This document shows positions 1-7,190 of a DNA stretch of 14,107 nucleotides, piece after piece (the first letter of the stretch is position 1; every line of letters starts with the position of its first letter). The translations under genes were made by a program, and so were the position numbers. This DNA is from Candidatus Micrarchaeota archaeon (lineage in GTDB: Archaea; B1Sed10-29; JAJSAI01). The stretch covers positions 3,607 through 17,713 of the forward strand of contig CAZVAJ010000002.1 of NCBI GenBank assembly GCA_964625085.1, given 5' to 3'. The notes beneath the pieces were generated by a model. That model made no database searches, had not been told where the DNA came from, and was given only the letters and a program-made list of their open reading frames with translations.

Positions 1-1610
1 GCTGTGTTAAACGTGTTTCCTGTTACTGTCACGTTGGTCATGTTCTTTCCCTGCAAAGCAGGATTACCATCCATTTTTAATCGTAAGCATGTGTCAGTCC
101 CTCCAGAAATATTGTAAAATGTGTTTCCTGTTATCTCAAGGTCTTTTGAATAATACCTGACAGCTAGTGCTGCATCAGTAGTGTTATTCCAGGTGTTCCC
201 TTTTATCACACACCCCTGCAAGTAGGATAAATCTGTCTCTCCTACGTTTTGAAATGTGTTGTTCTCTATCCTGCAACCGTACCCTGTCAGGTTCATTATC
301 TCAAAACTACTGTATCCGTCAAATGTTGAGTTTATCATCCAGAGCTCCGGAAGAATATAAGAGGTCCTATAATCCAAAAAGACAGAAGAACCGTTAAGAA
401 ATACCTTCGTGTTGTTAAACAACAAGAGATATCCTGTGTATTGTGTATCACTCATGTATGCGAGAGATAGTCCTGTTCTAGGTGTACTAACATACACTTT
501 AGAATCAGTGATGGTTAGGTTTGATAGTACCGAAATCGATGTTACGTTGATATCAGAGTTAGTACACACTGTTGGAACAGTGACACTCCAAATGCTTCCA
601 TTCCGGGGAGCGCTCCCGATACATCCTGTTATTGAGCCTGCGAGCGGTCTTCGTGCTTTAGTAAGCCCTATGTTGTCGGAAATAAAAGGTTCCCCGCTCA
701 CGCTGGCTTCTATAGCATAGTTCGTGCTGTTTTTAGCATACTCTATGGTATAACCGTTACAGTTCTCACCAGAGGTTATGCTGTAGAACGCAGAACTATC
801 CCACTGTGGCAGGGAGTAATTCCTGCACTGGACCAGGAGTTCTCCTGTGCTCCTGTCTGCAACGAACCTGAGGTCTGAGGTAGTGTTCCGGTTAAGGTCA
901 ACATATCTTTCCAGCCTTCCTGTCTCGTTATTCTCGAAATACCAGACAACATGCTTGTTTTTGTCATCAGCCGCGTAATCCTTTCCAGCAAAGTCTGCTC
1001 CCCCAAGGTCCTTGCTTGAATTATACTCAGAGGGAATTCCATCAATGGTTATATCAATCTGGGTCAGCAGCTTCTGAGACACTCCTGTTAACCCGTATAA
1101 CATAACAGGATAGTTCCCTGTATCAGGAAAGCCTGACTCGTTTGAAGCAGTTAGCACAGAGTCATAAACAAGCACTTCCATTGTAGTGCTCGTGTTATCA
1201 TATTCTACTCTTATGTTATTACAATCTGCGTCACTTGTGATGTTGATGTACCCAGAATAATCCTGGTTACATTGTATTAGAGTATGCGGATTTCCAGTAC
1301 TGTTGTCGTATACTATCTTAAGATCAGCAGTATTATCTGCATCAAAATCAAAATACCTTTCAGTGTAGTTTGCAGTCTCTGCAGGGTTTACTGCAAAGAA
1401 TATTGCGACCTTCCGGTCGCTTGTTCTGACAGCATAATCAGTATGCGGGTATGCTCCAGAATCCCAAATGTCGCTTGTTGTATACTCTGTGTTAATTCCG
1501 TCAACACTAATCACCCCTGTGGCGGATGTGCTGAGTTCTCTGACAGAGTATGCGCTTGCCGCACTCACTATCAGCACTGCTGCAAACAAAAACGATAATA
1601 ATCTGTTCAT
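1..1610 (-). CDS. Large secreted cell-surface protein, partial: its C-terminus lies beyond the window start. It has an N-terminal signal peptide, two tandem homologous ~140-aa domains, then right-handed parallel beta-helix (PbH1/pectate-lyase-like) repeats, and many N-glycosylation sequons. Probable adhesin-like or surface glycoprotein.
   Basis: The minus-strand ATG at 1610..1608 gives MNRLLSFLFAAVLIVSAASA|YSV, a hydrophobic core followed by an AxA cleavage site. I translated the frame by hand to position 1 with no stop. The ORF track also reports no stop-bounded minus-strand ORF in this frame (which only shows there is no long stop-bounded ORF here; a stop within ~60 aa of the start would go unreported), so the protein runs off the window. 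Residues from about 330 onward carry repeated GNTF/ITGNTF/NNTF motifs with regularly spaced G/N/T, typical of beta-helix repeats. About 25 N-x-S/T sequons are present. The + strand ORFs 409..720 and 1284..1598 are antisense to it. Confidence 0.7.
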   Translation of the reverse strand, partial: MNRLLSFLFAAVLIVSAASAYSVRELSTSATGVISVDGINTEYTTSDIWDSGAYPHTDYAVRTSDRKVAIFFAVNPAETANYTERYFDFDADNTADLKIVYDNSTGNPHTLIQCNQDYSGYINITSDADCNNIRVEYDNTSTTMEVLVYDSVLTASNESGFPDTGNYPVMLYGLTGVSQKLLTQIDITIDGIPSEYNSSKDLGGADFAGKDYAADDKNKHVVWYFENNETGRLERYVDLNRNTTSDLRFVADRSTGELLVQCRNYSLPQWDSSAFYSITSGENCNGYTIEYAKNSTNYAIEASVSGEPFISDNIGLTKARRPLAGSITGCIGSAPRNGSIWSVTVPTVCTNSDINVTSISVLSNLTITDSKVYVSTPRTGLSLAYMSDTQYTGYLLLFNNTKVFLNGSSVFLDYRTSYILPELWMINSTFDGYSSFEIMNLTGYGCRIENNTFQNVGETDLSYLQGCVIKGNTWNNTTDAALAVRYYSKDLEITGNTFYNISGGTDTCLRLKMDGNPALQGKNMTNVTVTGNTFNT

Positions 1611-1646
1611 GTTATCAACCTTGTAGTAGAAATGCAAAGGAGTATT

Positions 1647-2579
1647 TTAAACCTTTCTTCTCATCTTCCGGTAGTATGCTAGGGGATGATGCCACTTGCA
1701 CGTGTTGTCCTTTTCGCACAGGCCGTATGATCTTATTGTCGCGCATGAAGGCACGGTGTACTTTATCCCTCCTTTTTCTCCCAGAAGGCTTGAAACATAG
1801 TACTCTGTTTTCTTCAGGTTGAAGTTAGGCTGTTTTTCGTAGAATTTCACTATCTCCTTTTTTGTCATGCCTATGTTGGCCAGAAATGTTGCAAGAACAA
1901 ATCTGGGCATGTGACCTACTTTTTCGCCTGACTCAAGCTCCTTCACGATTTTGCGCATGCAGGGCGGGAAAGCGGGAAAGGACACTGGACCAGTAATCTG
2001 TTCAGTAGACTGTTCCTCCTTTTTCAGCTCTCCTGCAAAAAACCGGATGTTCTTACCAACCATTTTAGGAGGATTGAATGCAAGTATATCACGGTAAATT
2101 TTTTGGGAGACCAGCTTGGAGGCCAGTTCCTCATTAACAGTGATCATCCCCCCTGATAATTGTGTTTGGGATAAAGAAATGTCTGAAGGCTTGTTCTCAA
2201 GAAACTGGGAAACATGCATCTTGTTCTCTGACCCGAAAAACTCGCGCATGAGTCTCCTCGCGTCTTCCGCGTTATTTACTAGAAAATAGTTTGTCCTACG
2301 AAGAAACGACAAGGCAAGCGATGTGAGTGCCCTTTTGCCTGCGATCCCGCACATGATCTTTGCAAGAGGGAAGTACAATACTTTGGCCTCTAGCTCATGA
2401 AAACTCATGTTCTGCATTTGTTTTAGTTCAGAATGGGGGTTGTTGTGTTTTGTCCATCCAATGACCTGATTGAACACTGCTTCTGCAAGGTCATAGTCAT
2501 CTGACAGAGAGTGTTTTGAAAGAATCGTTTTGGCTTCCTTTGAAAAGGGGTATTTTGCCGCAAACAATAGGTCCATCAC
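1647..2579 (-). CDS. priL: DNA primase large subunit PriL (archaeal/eukaryotic type)
   Basis: The 310-aa product has the characteristic PriL C-terminal domain with four cysteines spaced as 4Fe-4S ligands (PPCMRK ... PSCATIRSYGLCEKDNTCKWHHPL). Length and helical N-terminal domain fit PriL. The likely start is the ATG at 2576, immediately after the GTG at 2579. Confidence 0.85.
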   Translation of the reverse strand: MMDLLFAAKYPFSKEAKTILSKHSLSDDYDLAEAVFNQVIGWTKHNNPHSELKQMQNMSFHELEAKVLYFPLAKIMCGIAGKRALTSLALSFLRRTNYFLVNNAEDARRLMREFFGSENKMHVSQFLENKPSDISLSQTQLSGGMITVNEELASKLVSQKIYRDILAFNPPKMVGKNIRFFAGELKKEEQSTEQITGPVSFPAFPPCMRKIVKELESGEKVGHMPRFVLATFLANIGMTKKEIVKFYEKQPNFNLKKTEYYVSSLLGEKGGIKYTVPSCATIRSYGLCEKDNTCKWHHPLAYYRKMRRKV

Positions 2580-2653
2580 ATAGTATATTATCTAAAGAGG
2601 CATAAAAGCAATTCCATCAGCGTTTATATACCTCTTCTCCGTTTTCACACTAC
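2577..2653. promoter_or_regulatory. Divergent promoter region between priL (-) and the kef-type antiporter (+)
   Basis: A 77-nt AT-rich spacer sits between divergent starts. 'tttatata' at 2623-2630 lies about 27 nt upstream of the + ATG at 2654, suggesting a leaderless or near-leaderless mRNA. 'gcttttatgcc' on the minus strand lies about 30 nt upstream of the priL ATG. Confidence 0.4.
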
Positions 2654-4444
2654 ATGGAGTACCCCATACTGACAGACATTGGTCTGATGGTAATAACCGC
2701 CACTGTTATTTCTTTCCTGGTGCGCAAAATCAGGCAGCCGCTTCTCCTAGCGTACGTGGTGTCAGGGATCTTGCTAGGCCCTCTTGGACTGGGGGTAATA
2801 ACAGGAAGTGAAGAGATTAGAGCTCTTTCAGAACTGGGGATTGCGTTCTTGCTGTTCGGTGCCGGAGTTGAAATAAGCTTGGACAAGCTTAGAGGCATGG
2901 GGTTTGTCAGCACCTTTGCAGGGGTGATCCAGGTTGCTTTAACATTCTTACTTGGATTCACAGTAAGCAGGCTGTTTGGGCTGGCGGAGATGGCTTCTGT
3001 ATTCACCGGACTGATAGTCTCGTTCAGCTCCACGATGATCATCATCAAGATTCTGTCAGACAACAGAGCGCTTGATACTCTGCACGGTAGGCTCCTAACA
3101 GGAATACTCATAGTGCAGGATATTATTGTCATCCTCGTGCTTCCATTCATAAGCGAAAAAGCAGAACTGCTTTCTGTGGATGCTTTTGTTGGCATCCTCT
3201 ACAGTGGCGTTTGGCTGATCGTGATTGCAGTCCTATCAAACAAGTTTATCGTGCCGCATGTTCTAGCATTCGCGAGTAGGTCCCAGGAACTGCTTTTTCT
3301 GACCGCAGTCTCCACCTGCTTTGCATTCATGTGGGTCGCGACTGAGCTGCATTTTTCTATAGCAATAGGAGCGTTCATTGCTGGAATGTCCTTATCTGCA
3401 TTCACGTATAACGTGGAAATCCTCGGAAAGATAAAATCATTAAGAGACTTTTTCGCAACCTTGTTCTTCATCTCTCTGGGAATGCAGCTAACAACAATTT
3501 CTCCTGAAAACTATCTTCCACTACTGATAAGCATGCTGGTAATTGTTGTGGTACTAAAGCCGATGATAAGCGCGGTGATCTACTTTTTGATGGGGTATGG
3601 GGCAAGGGTCTCTGTTACAACTGGAATGGCGCTTGGGCAGGTGAGCGAGTTCTCCTTCATAATAGCAATGCTTGGGCTGAACTTGGGAGTATTCACCCCT
3701 GAATTATTCTCAATAATAACAATAGTCATAATCCTTTCAATACTAATCACCCCTTACTCCTTCAAGTACAACAACAAGGTGTATTACTTGTTCTATACCC
3801 TAGAACACATGCTGAAGAACGAGTTTTTCAGGAGGAGGATGATGCCTGAGGAACCCAAAAAAGAATGGAAGGATCACATAGTCCTCATAGGGGCTGACAG
3901 GTCTGGTGGCAGGATCCTGCCACACATTAGCAAGAAAAGGTTGCTGATAGTAGATTACAACCCAGATGTTGTAGACTCACTGAAAGAAAGGGGGTACAAC
4001 GTGATTTTCGGGGACGCGTATAATGAAGAAGTAAGAGAAAGGCTGTTCCTTGACAAAGCTAAGCTGATAATTTCAACGATCCCTGATGTTGAAACAACCA
4101 AAACGCTGATAAAAGAAGTTAAAAAGAAAAACAAGAAGGCCATATTTTTTGCAAGAGCGCACACTCCAAGCGAGGTCGTGGAGTTGTATGACTCTGGAGC
4201 AGATATAGTGGTGATTCCTGAATCGCTTGCCGGAGAAAAAATGGGAGAGTATATTAGAGTTGCAATGAAAGGAAAAGAAAAGCTCGCGCTTGCCAGGAAC
4301 AAGCACATGGAACACTACCTTAAAGAGCTTGCCAGCGGCTCTAGAGACATGGCCCTGGGAAAACGGGTTTTAGAAAGCCTTGGGCTTATCAAAGATTACG
4401 GAGTATCTCATAAAAAGACACGTCAAAAAAAGCCATCAAAATAA
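2654..4444 (+). CDS. CPA2-family monovalent cation:proton antiporter (Kef-type K+/H+ or Na+/H+ exchanger) with a C-terminal TrkA-N/RCK regulatory domain
   Basis: The 596-aa product has about 12 predicted TM helices over residues 1-375 that resemble a Na+/H+ exchanger fold. It is followed by a cytoplasmic Rossmann-like domain (HIVLIGADRSGGRILPHISKKRLLIVDYNPDVV...FGDAYNEEV...ADIVVIPE) typical of TrkA-N/RCK domains fused to KefB/KefC-like exchangers. Confidence 0.85.
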   Translation: MEYPILTDIGLMVITATVISFLVRKIRQPLLLAYVVSGILLGPLGLGVITGSEEIRALSELGIAFLLFGAGVEISLDKLRGMGFVSTFAGVIQVALTFLLGFTVSRLFGLAEMASVFTGLIVSFSSTMIIIKILSDNRALDTLHGRLLTGILIVQDIIVILVLPFISEKAELLSVDAFVGILYSGVWLIVIAVLSNKFIVPHVLAFASRSQELLFLTAVSTCFAFMWVATELHFSIAIGAFIAGMSLSAFTYNVEILGKIKSLRDFFATLFFISLGMQLTTISPENYLPLLISMLVIVVVLKPMISAVIYFLMGYGARVSVTTGMALGQVSEFSFIIAMLGLNLGVFTPELFSIITIVIILSILITPYSFKYNNKVYYLFYTLEHMLKNEFFRRRMMPEEPKKEWKDHIVLIGADRSGGRILPHISKKRLLIVDYNPDVVDSLKERGYNVIFGDAYNEEVRERLFLDKAKLIISTIPDVETTKTLIKEVKKKNKKAIFFARAHTPSEVVELYDSGADIVVIPESLAGEKMGEYIRVAMKGKEKLALARNKHMEHYLKELASGSRDMALGKRVLESLGLIKDYGVSHKKTRQKKPSK

Positions 4445-4799
4445 CGATCATCGAAAGCCATAACAAGGCATTTCCTGTGGTCTGTTTGACGTACTTCCAC
4501 TTTTGCTTTGGGTTGTCAAGGTCAGTAATCAGATGGGCACCATACCCCAACGTAAAAGCCCTAACAACAGCTGTCTTAGGCAGTGCAATTCCAACAATAG
4601 TAGGTATCAGGAACGAGTGGAAGATAGGGTTCCTGTGGCCAAAGCCAAGCTCATGATCAAAATCCGGAAAAAGGCCTCCAAAAACGCAGGCTGTGATGAC
4701 CAAAAAGTCTTCTGCCAGGTTGTGTCCAAACAAAAGGGATAGGAGTATCCCAAGTAGTATGGAAACGAGCAAGTGCTCTGATCGCCGTGAGAATTTCAT
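4389..4799 (-). CDS. Membrane-bound metal-dependent hydrolase (DUF457/YdjM-like)
   Basis: The small polytopic membrane protein has conserved His/Asp positions (EHLLVS ... HSFL ... HLITD) as in the DUF457 family. The tool ORF starts at a TTG at 4847. In-frame ATGs lie at 4832, 4823 and 4799, and I prefer 4799 (MKFSRRSEHLL...) by analogy to family N-termini. The 3' end overlaps the kef-type gene by 56 nt. Confidence 0.55.
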   Translation of the reverse strand: MKFSRRSEHLLVSILLGILLSLLFGHNLAEDFLVITACVFGGLFPDFDHELGFGHRNPIFHSFLIPTIVGIALPKTAVVRAFTLGYGAHLITDLDNPKQKWKYVKQTTGNALLWLSMIVILMAFFDVSFYEILRNL

Positions 4800-4857
4800 A
4801 GTATCTTTTGGGAAAGATGACATCTTAAACATTTCTCGTACACACAAGTGTACTGAA

Positions 4858-5604
4858 TCATCCTTCTATTCTGGGTGCGAGATAGTACCTGAACTTAGCA
4901 TCTTGTATCTTGTACGAAAGTCTTAGAGGCGCATCGCTCTTTAGTTCCAACGTGACCACAGAATCAGAAGGGGCTCCTTTCAGGATATCGTTCAGGTAGT
5001 CCAAAGGAAACATTGCCCTGCTCGAATCTTTCAGGTCAACGCTTATCAAGCTACCATCTTCTACTGTGAGCTCGTTTTTCACTTCCCCGTTGTCCCCTCT
5101 TGCTTCTATCACAAACATGTTATCTTTAACAGAGAGTATCACATAAGAGGACACTAATGCCGCGTCCTTTAAACCCTCTTTCAAGGAGTTGCTGTCAATC
5201 TTGACCGTGGAGTCAAACGGAATGTTAGGCTCCTTTGTTTCAACAAGGTTCAGATCAAGCAGAGGAATGCTCACAGTCCGCCTGCCTTTTCCTTTAAAGA
5301 TTAGTACCAGACGGTTGCCTGAATCATCTAATGTTACCGTAAGGGCTTCGCCTTGTCTGGTCCGCGACATTACCCTGCTAAGGTTTTCTATGTTCAAGCC
5401 TATCCTGTGTTCCTTGTCAGCATCAGCTTCTTTGAACGTCTCTTTAGGCATCATAAAGTCCACCATGGCAATTTGCGCAGTGTCCATGGCCCTCAATGCC
5501 ATTCCGTTCTTACCTACTTCAAATTCCCCTTCATCTATCAAGGAAACAAGAGCATCAATACAACCCTTAAAAAACCGGGCATCATCAAAAGTCAGTTTAA
5601 ACAT
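4858..5604 (-). CDS. pcn: DNA polymerase sliding clamp PCNA
   Basis: The 248-aa product begins MFKLTFDDARFF, carries a central inter-domain connecting loop, and ends in the C-terminal ...YYLAPRIEG motif typical of euryarchaeal PCNA. Length and two-domain organisation fit. Confidence 0.95.
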   Translation of the reverse strand: MFKLTFDDARFFKGCIDALVSLIDEGEFEVGKNGMALRAMDTAQIAMVDFMMPKETFKEADADKEHRIGLNIENLSRVMSRTRQGEALTVTLDDSGNRLVLIFKGKGRRTVSIPLLDLNLVETKEPNIPFDSTVKIDSNSLKEGLKDAALVSSYVILSVKDNMFVIEARGDNGEVKNELTVEDGSLISVDLKDSSRAMFPLDYLNDILKGAPSDSVVTLELKSDAPLRLSYKIQDAKFRYYLAPRIEG

Positions 5605-5633
5605 ACTGATCCACCAGTGAAAGATTAGTTTAG

Positions 5634-5652
5634 AAAACTATTTAATAGTTTT
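5634..5652. promoter_or_regulatory. Perfect 19-nt palindrome (aaaactatt-t-aatagtttt) containing a TATA-like core, 30-48 nt upstream of the PCNA start and about 30 nt downstream of the signal-peptidase stop
   Basis: Read directly from the sequence: the reverse complement of aaaactatt is aatagtttt. The position fits a TATA/BRE box for pcn on the minus strand, with a GGTGG Shine-Dalgarno-like element 7 nt before the ATG. It could also act as a hairpin at the 3' end of the upstream operon. Confidence 0.4.
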
Positions 5653-5682
5653 GGGGGACTGTAAAATGACAATAAGAGCCTG

Positions 5683-6390
5683 TTAGCACCAGAGTTTGTA
5701 TTCATACCCTGTTCCAAGGTTGGAATGCCCGTCACAGAAAGGCATCACGTCGCAGAAGAAGAGCTTAACGTGTCCCACAATCGGGATCTGGGGGCCTATT
5801 TTTTTCCCGAGAAACATCTTTTGATTTACAAGAGTGCTTATGCACAGGCCATTGTTATCGTCAAAGCACCAGCCGCCCCTGCCATTTTGTATCCACATCT
5901 GATCAGGGAAAGGATTAGCATCACCTTGTGTTATCAGGAATGTCTGACCGTTGTAATTCACTTTCGCAAAAACCCTGTGTATTATCTGTGCCCTTGAAGG
6001 AACTGCAAGGTATGTGACTATATCTGAAGACTCGTTACGGTACACAATATTGCCTGAAAAGTTTATGGCAACAACTTTATTGTTTTCGAAGATAGGAGTA
6101 ATGTAATTCAAGGAGCTTATGTTAACCTCTGGTGCGTTCACCTCTGAAATAGGAGTGCCTTGATTTATCACCACGTCTCCTATGTTAAGATGCCCGGCCT
6201 CTGAACAACTGCTGACCACCACTGCAGGGGCACTTGTTCCAAGAACAAAAGGCATTAGGATAAAGTACACTGCTGCAGCTACAAGAAAAGAAACAATCCA
6301 GTCCCAAACCTCTCTTTTTACTGTGAAGTTTTCCCTCTTCCAGAAGAGGATTTCGTATTTCAGTTTCTTTTTCAAGTCCATCCTGATCAT
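5683..6390 (-). CDS. Signal peptidase I, archaeal/eukaryal Sec11 type (S26B)
   Basis: An N-terminal TM anchor (WIVSFLVAAAVYFILMPFVLG) is followed by a Ser-box-like VVVSSCSEAG, a His box QIIHRVF, and a C-terminal ITQGDANPFPD that matches the conserved (T)KGDNN..D box of Sec11-type peptidases. The start is the ATG at 6390, which overlaps the stop of the upstream DUF99 gene as ATGA. The longer tool ORF running to 6567 is an out-of-gene extension. Confidence 0.75.
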   Translation of the reverse strand: MIRMDLKKKLKYEILFWKRENFTVKREVWDWIVSFLVAAAVYFILMPFVLGTSAPAVVVSSCSEAGHLNIGDVVINQGTPISEVNAPEVNISSLNYITPIFENNKVVAINFSGNIVYRNESSDIVTYLAVPSRAQIIHRVFAKVNYNGQTFLITQGDANPFPDQMWIQNGRGGWCFDDNNGLCISTLVNQKMFLGKKIGPQIPIVGHVKLFFCDVMPFCDGHSNLGTGYEYKLWC

Positions 6391-6926
6391 ACTCTTTTTG
6401 TGCTTTCTCCTCTTGTCACGCCTGATGCGATCACGTGCGCGTACCTCACAGGCTCTGGAATGCTGCTTCTCACCAGCAGGCTGTCCAGCAATTCCCTTGA
6501 ATCTTCCTTGCTTATGCCTTCTGAGCTGAACATCCCCTGAGAGTATTCTGAAAAGCTTAAAGTGCAAGGTCTTTTGCCTATTTTTTCAAGAGCTTTTCTT
6601 ACTTTTTCTAAGTCCGGTTTTTTCCGATACACGCTTATTACAGGTTTTCCAGTACGCCTATAAAGTTCCTTCAAGTTTATAAGGTTAAATCCTGCGACTG
6701 TGCTTCCGTGAAGCAGCACTGCTTTTATCTGCGATTTTCTCTTGCTGTTGTTTATCATCTTTGCTATTTTTTCTGTTGCATCATTTCCATCAACAGTCAC
6801 TGTTGCAGACATCACTGCCTCAAGTTCTGTCTTTCCCCTTACTAGCGCCCCTACAACTAGAACAGTCTTATCTGACTTTGAGAAAGCCCCATCATCAATG
6901 CCGAGAACCCTGACATTAGGCTTCAT
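6387..6926 (-). CDS. UPF0215/DUF99 family protein (uncharacterised, archaeal)
   Basis: The 179-aa product begins MKPNVRVLGIDDGAF, the hallmark N-terminus of the DUF99/UPF0215 family as I recall it. Both ends overlap neighbouring genes as ATGA (rpoL stop / this start at 6923-6926; this stop / signal-peptidase start at 6387-6390), which implies translational coupling. Confidence 0.6.
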   Translation of the reverse strand: MKPNVRVLGIDDGAFSKSDKTVLVVGALVRGKTELEAVMSATVTVDGNDATEKIAKMINNSKRKSQIKAVLLHGSTVAGFNLINLKELYRRTGKPVISVYRKKPDLEKVRKALEKIGKRPCTLSFSEYSQGMFSSEGISKEDSRELLDSLLVRSSIPEPVRYAHVIASGVTRGESTKRV

Positions 6927-7177
6927 ATGGACAGACTCTTCAGATTCTTTTCTATCCTGCTCAAAGCAAGAGAGAGCACTTCTTCAGGATCTTTTGACTT
7001 TGTTTTCAGATAAAACTGCGGTTCTCCTACAAGCGGGTGGGATTTGTTGTAGAATGCAGTTTCCACCTGCTTATCGTTCAAAAGCTCTTCCACTATAACA
7101 GAGTTCAGCCCGTGGTCAGATCCTTTTATCTTAAACTCAAGCACATTGTCTTTTTTTCTGATTTTAGTGTACTTCAT
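6923..7177 (-). CDS. rpoL: DNA-directed RNA polymerase subunit L (Rpb11 homologue)
   Basis: MKYTKIRKKDNVLEFKIKGSDHGLNSVIVEELL...AFYNKSHPL...P.FYLKTKSKDPEEVL matches the RpoL consensus (N.LEF...GEDHTL.N.L...L....V.FA.Y...HP........I.T.G.DP). The likely start is the ATG at 7177; the tool ORF begins at a GTG at 7189. Confidence 0.85.
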   Translation of the reverse strand: MKYTKIRKKDNVLEFKIKGSDHGLNSVIVEELLNDKQVETAFYNKSHPLVGEPQFYLKTKSKDPEEVLSLALSRIEKNLKSLSI

Positions 7178-7190
7178 AAGCCAAAACACC

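Noticed and set aside
409-1598. + strand ORFs 409..720 and 1284..1598, and minus-strand ORF 776..1045 in another frame
   Set aside because: All lie antisense to, or out of frame with, the long open minus-strand reading frame 1..1610. That frame has a clean signal peptide and beta-helix repeats. The rejected ORFs have no motifs and odd composition (Cys-rich junk).
4848-4857. PCNA and the membrane hydrolase as a functional operon
   Set aside because: They are co-directional and only 10 nt apart if the TTG start at 4847 is used. The likelier start at 4799 leaves a 58-nt gap. There is no functional rationale linking a DUF457 hydrolase to PCNA, so this is more likely incidental compaction.
6391-6567. 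N-terminal extension of the signal-peptidase ORF (MHFKLFRILSGDVQLRRHKQ...)
   Set aside because: It overlaps the DUF99 coding region in another frame. The ATG at 6390 forms an ATGA stop/start overlap with DUF99 and gives the expected N-terminal TM anchor.
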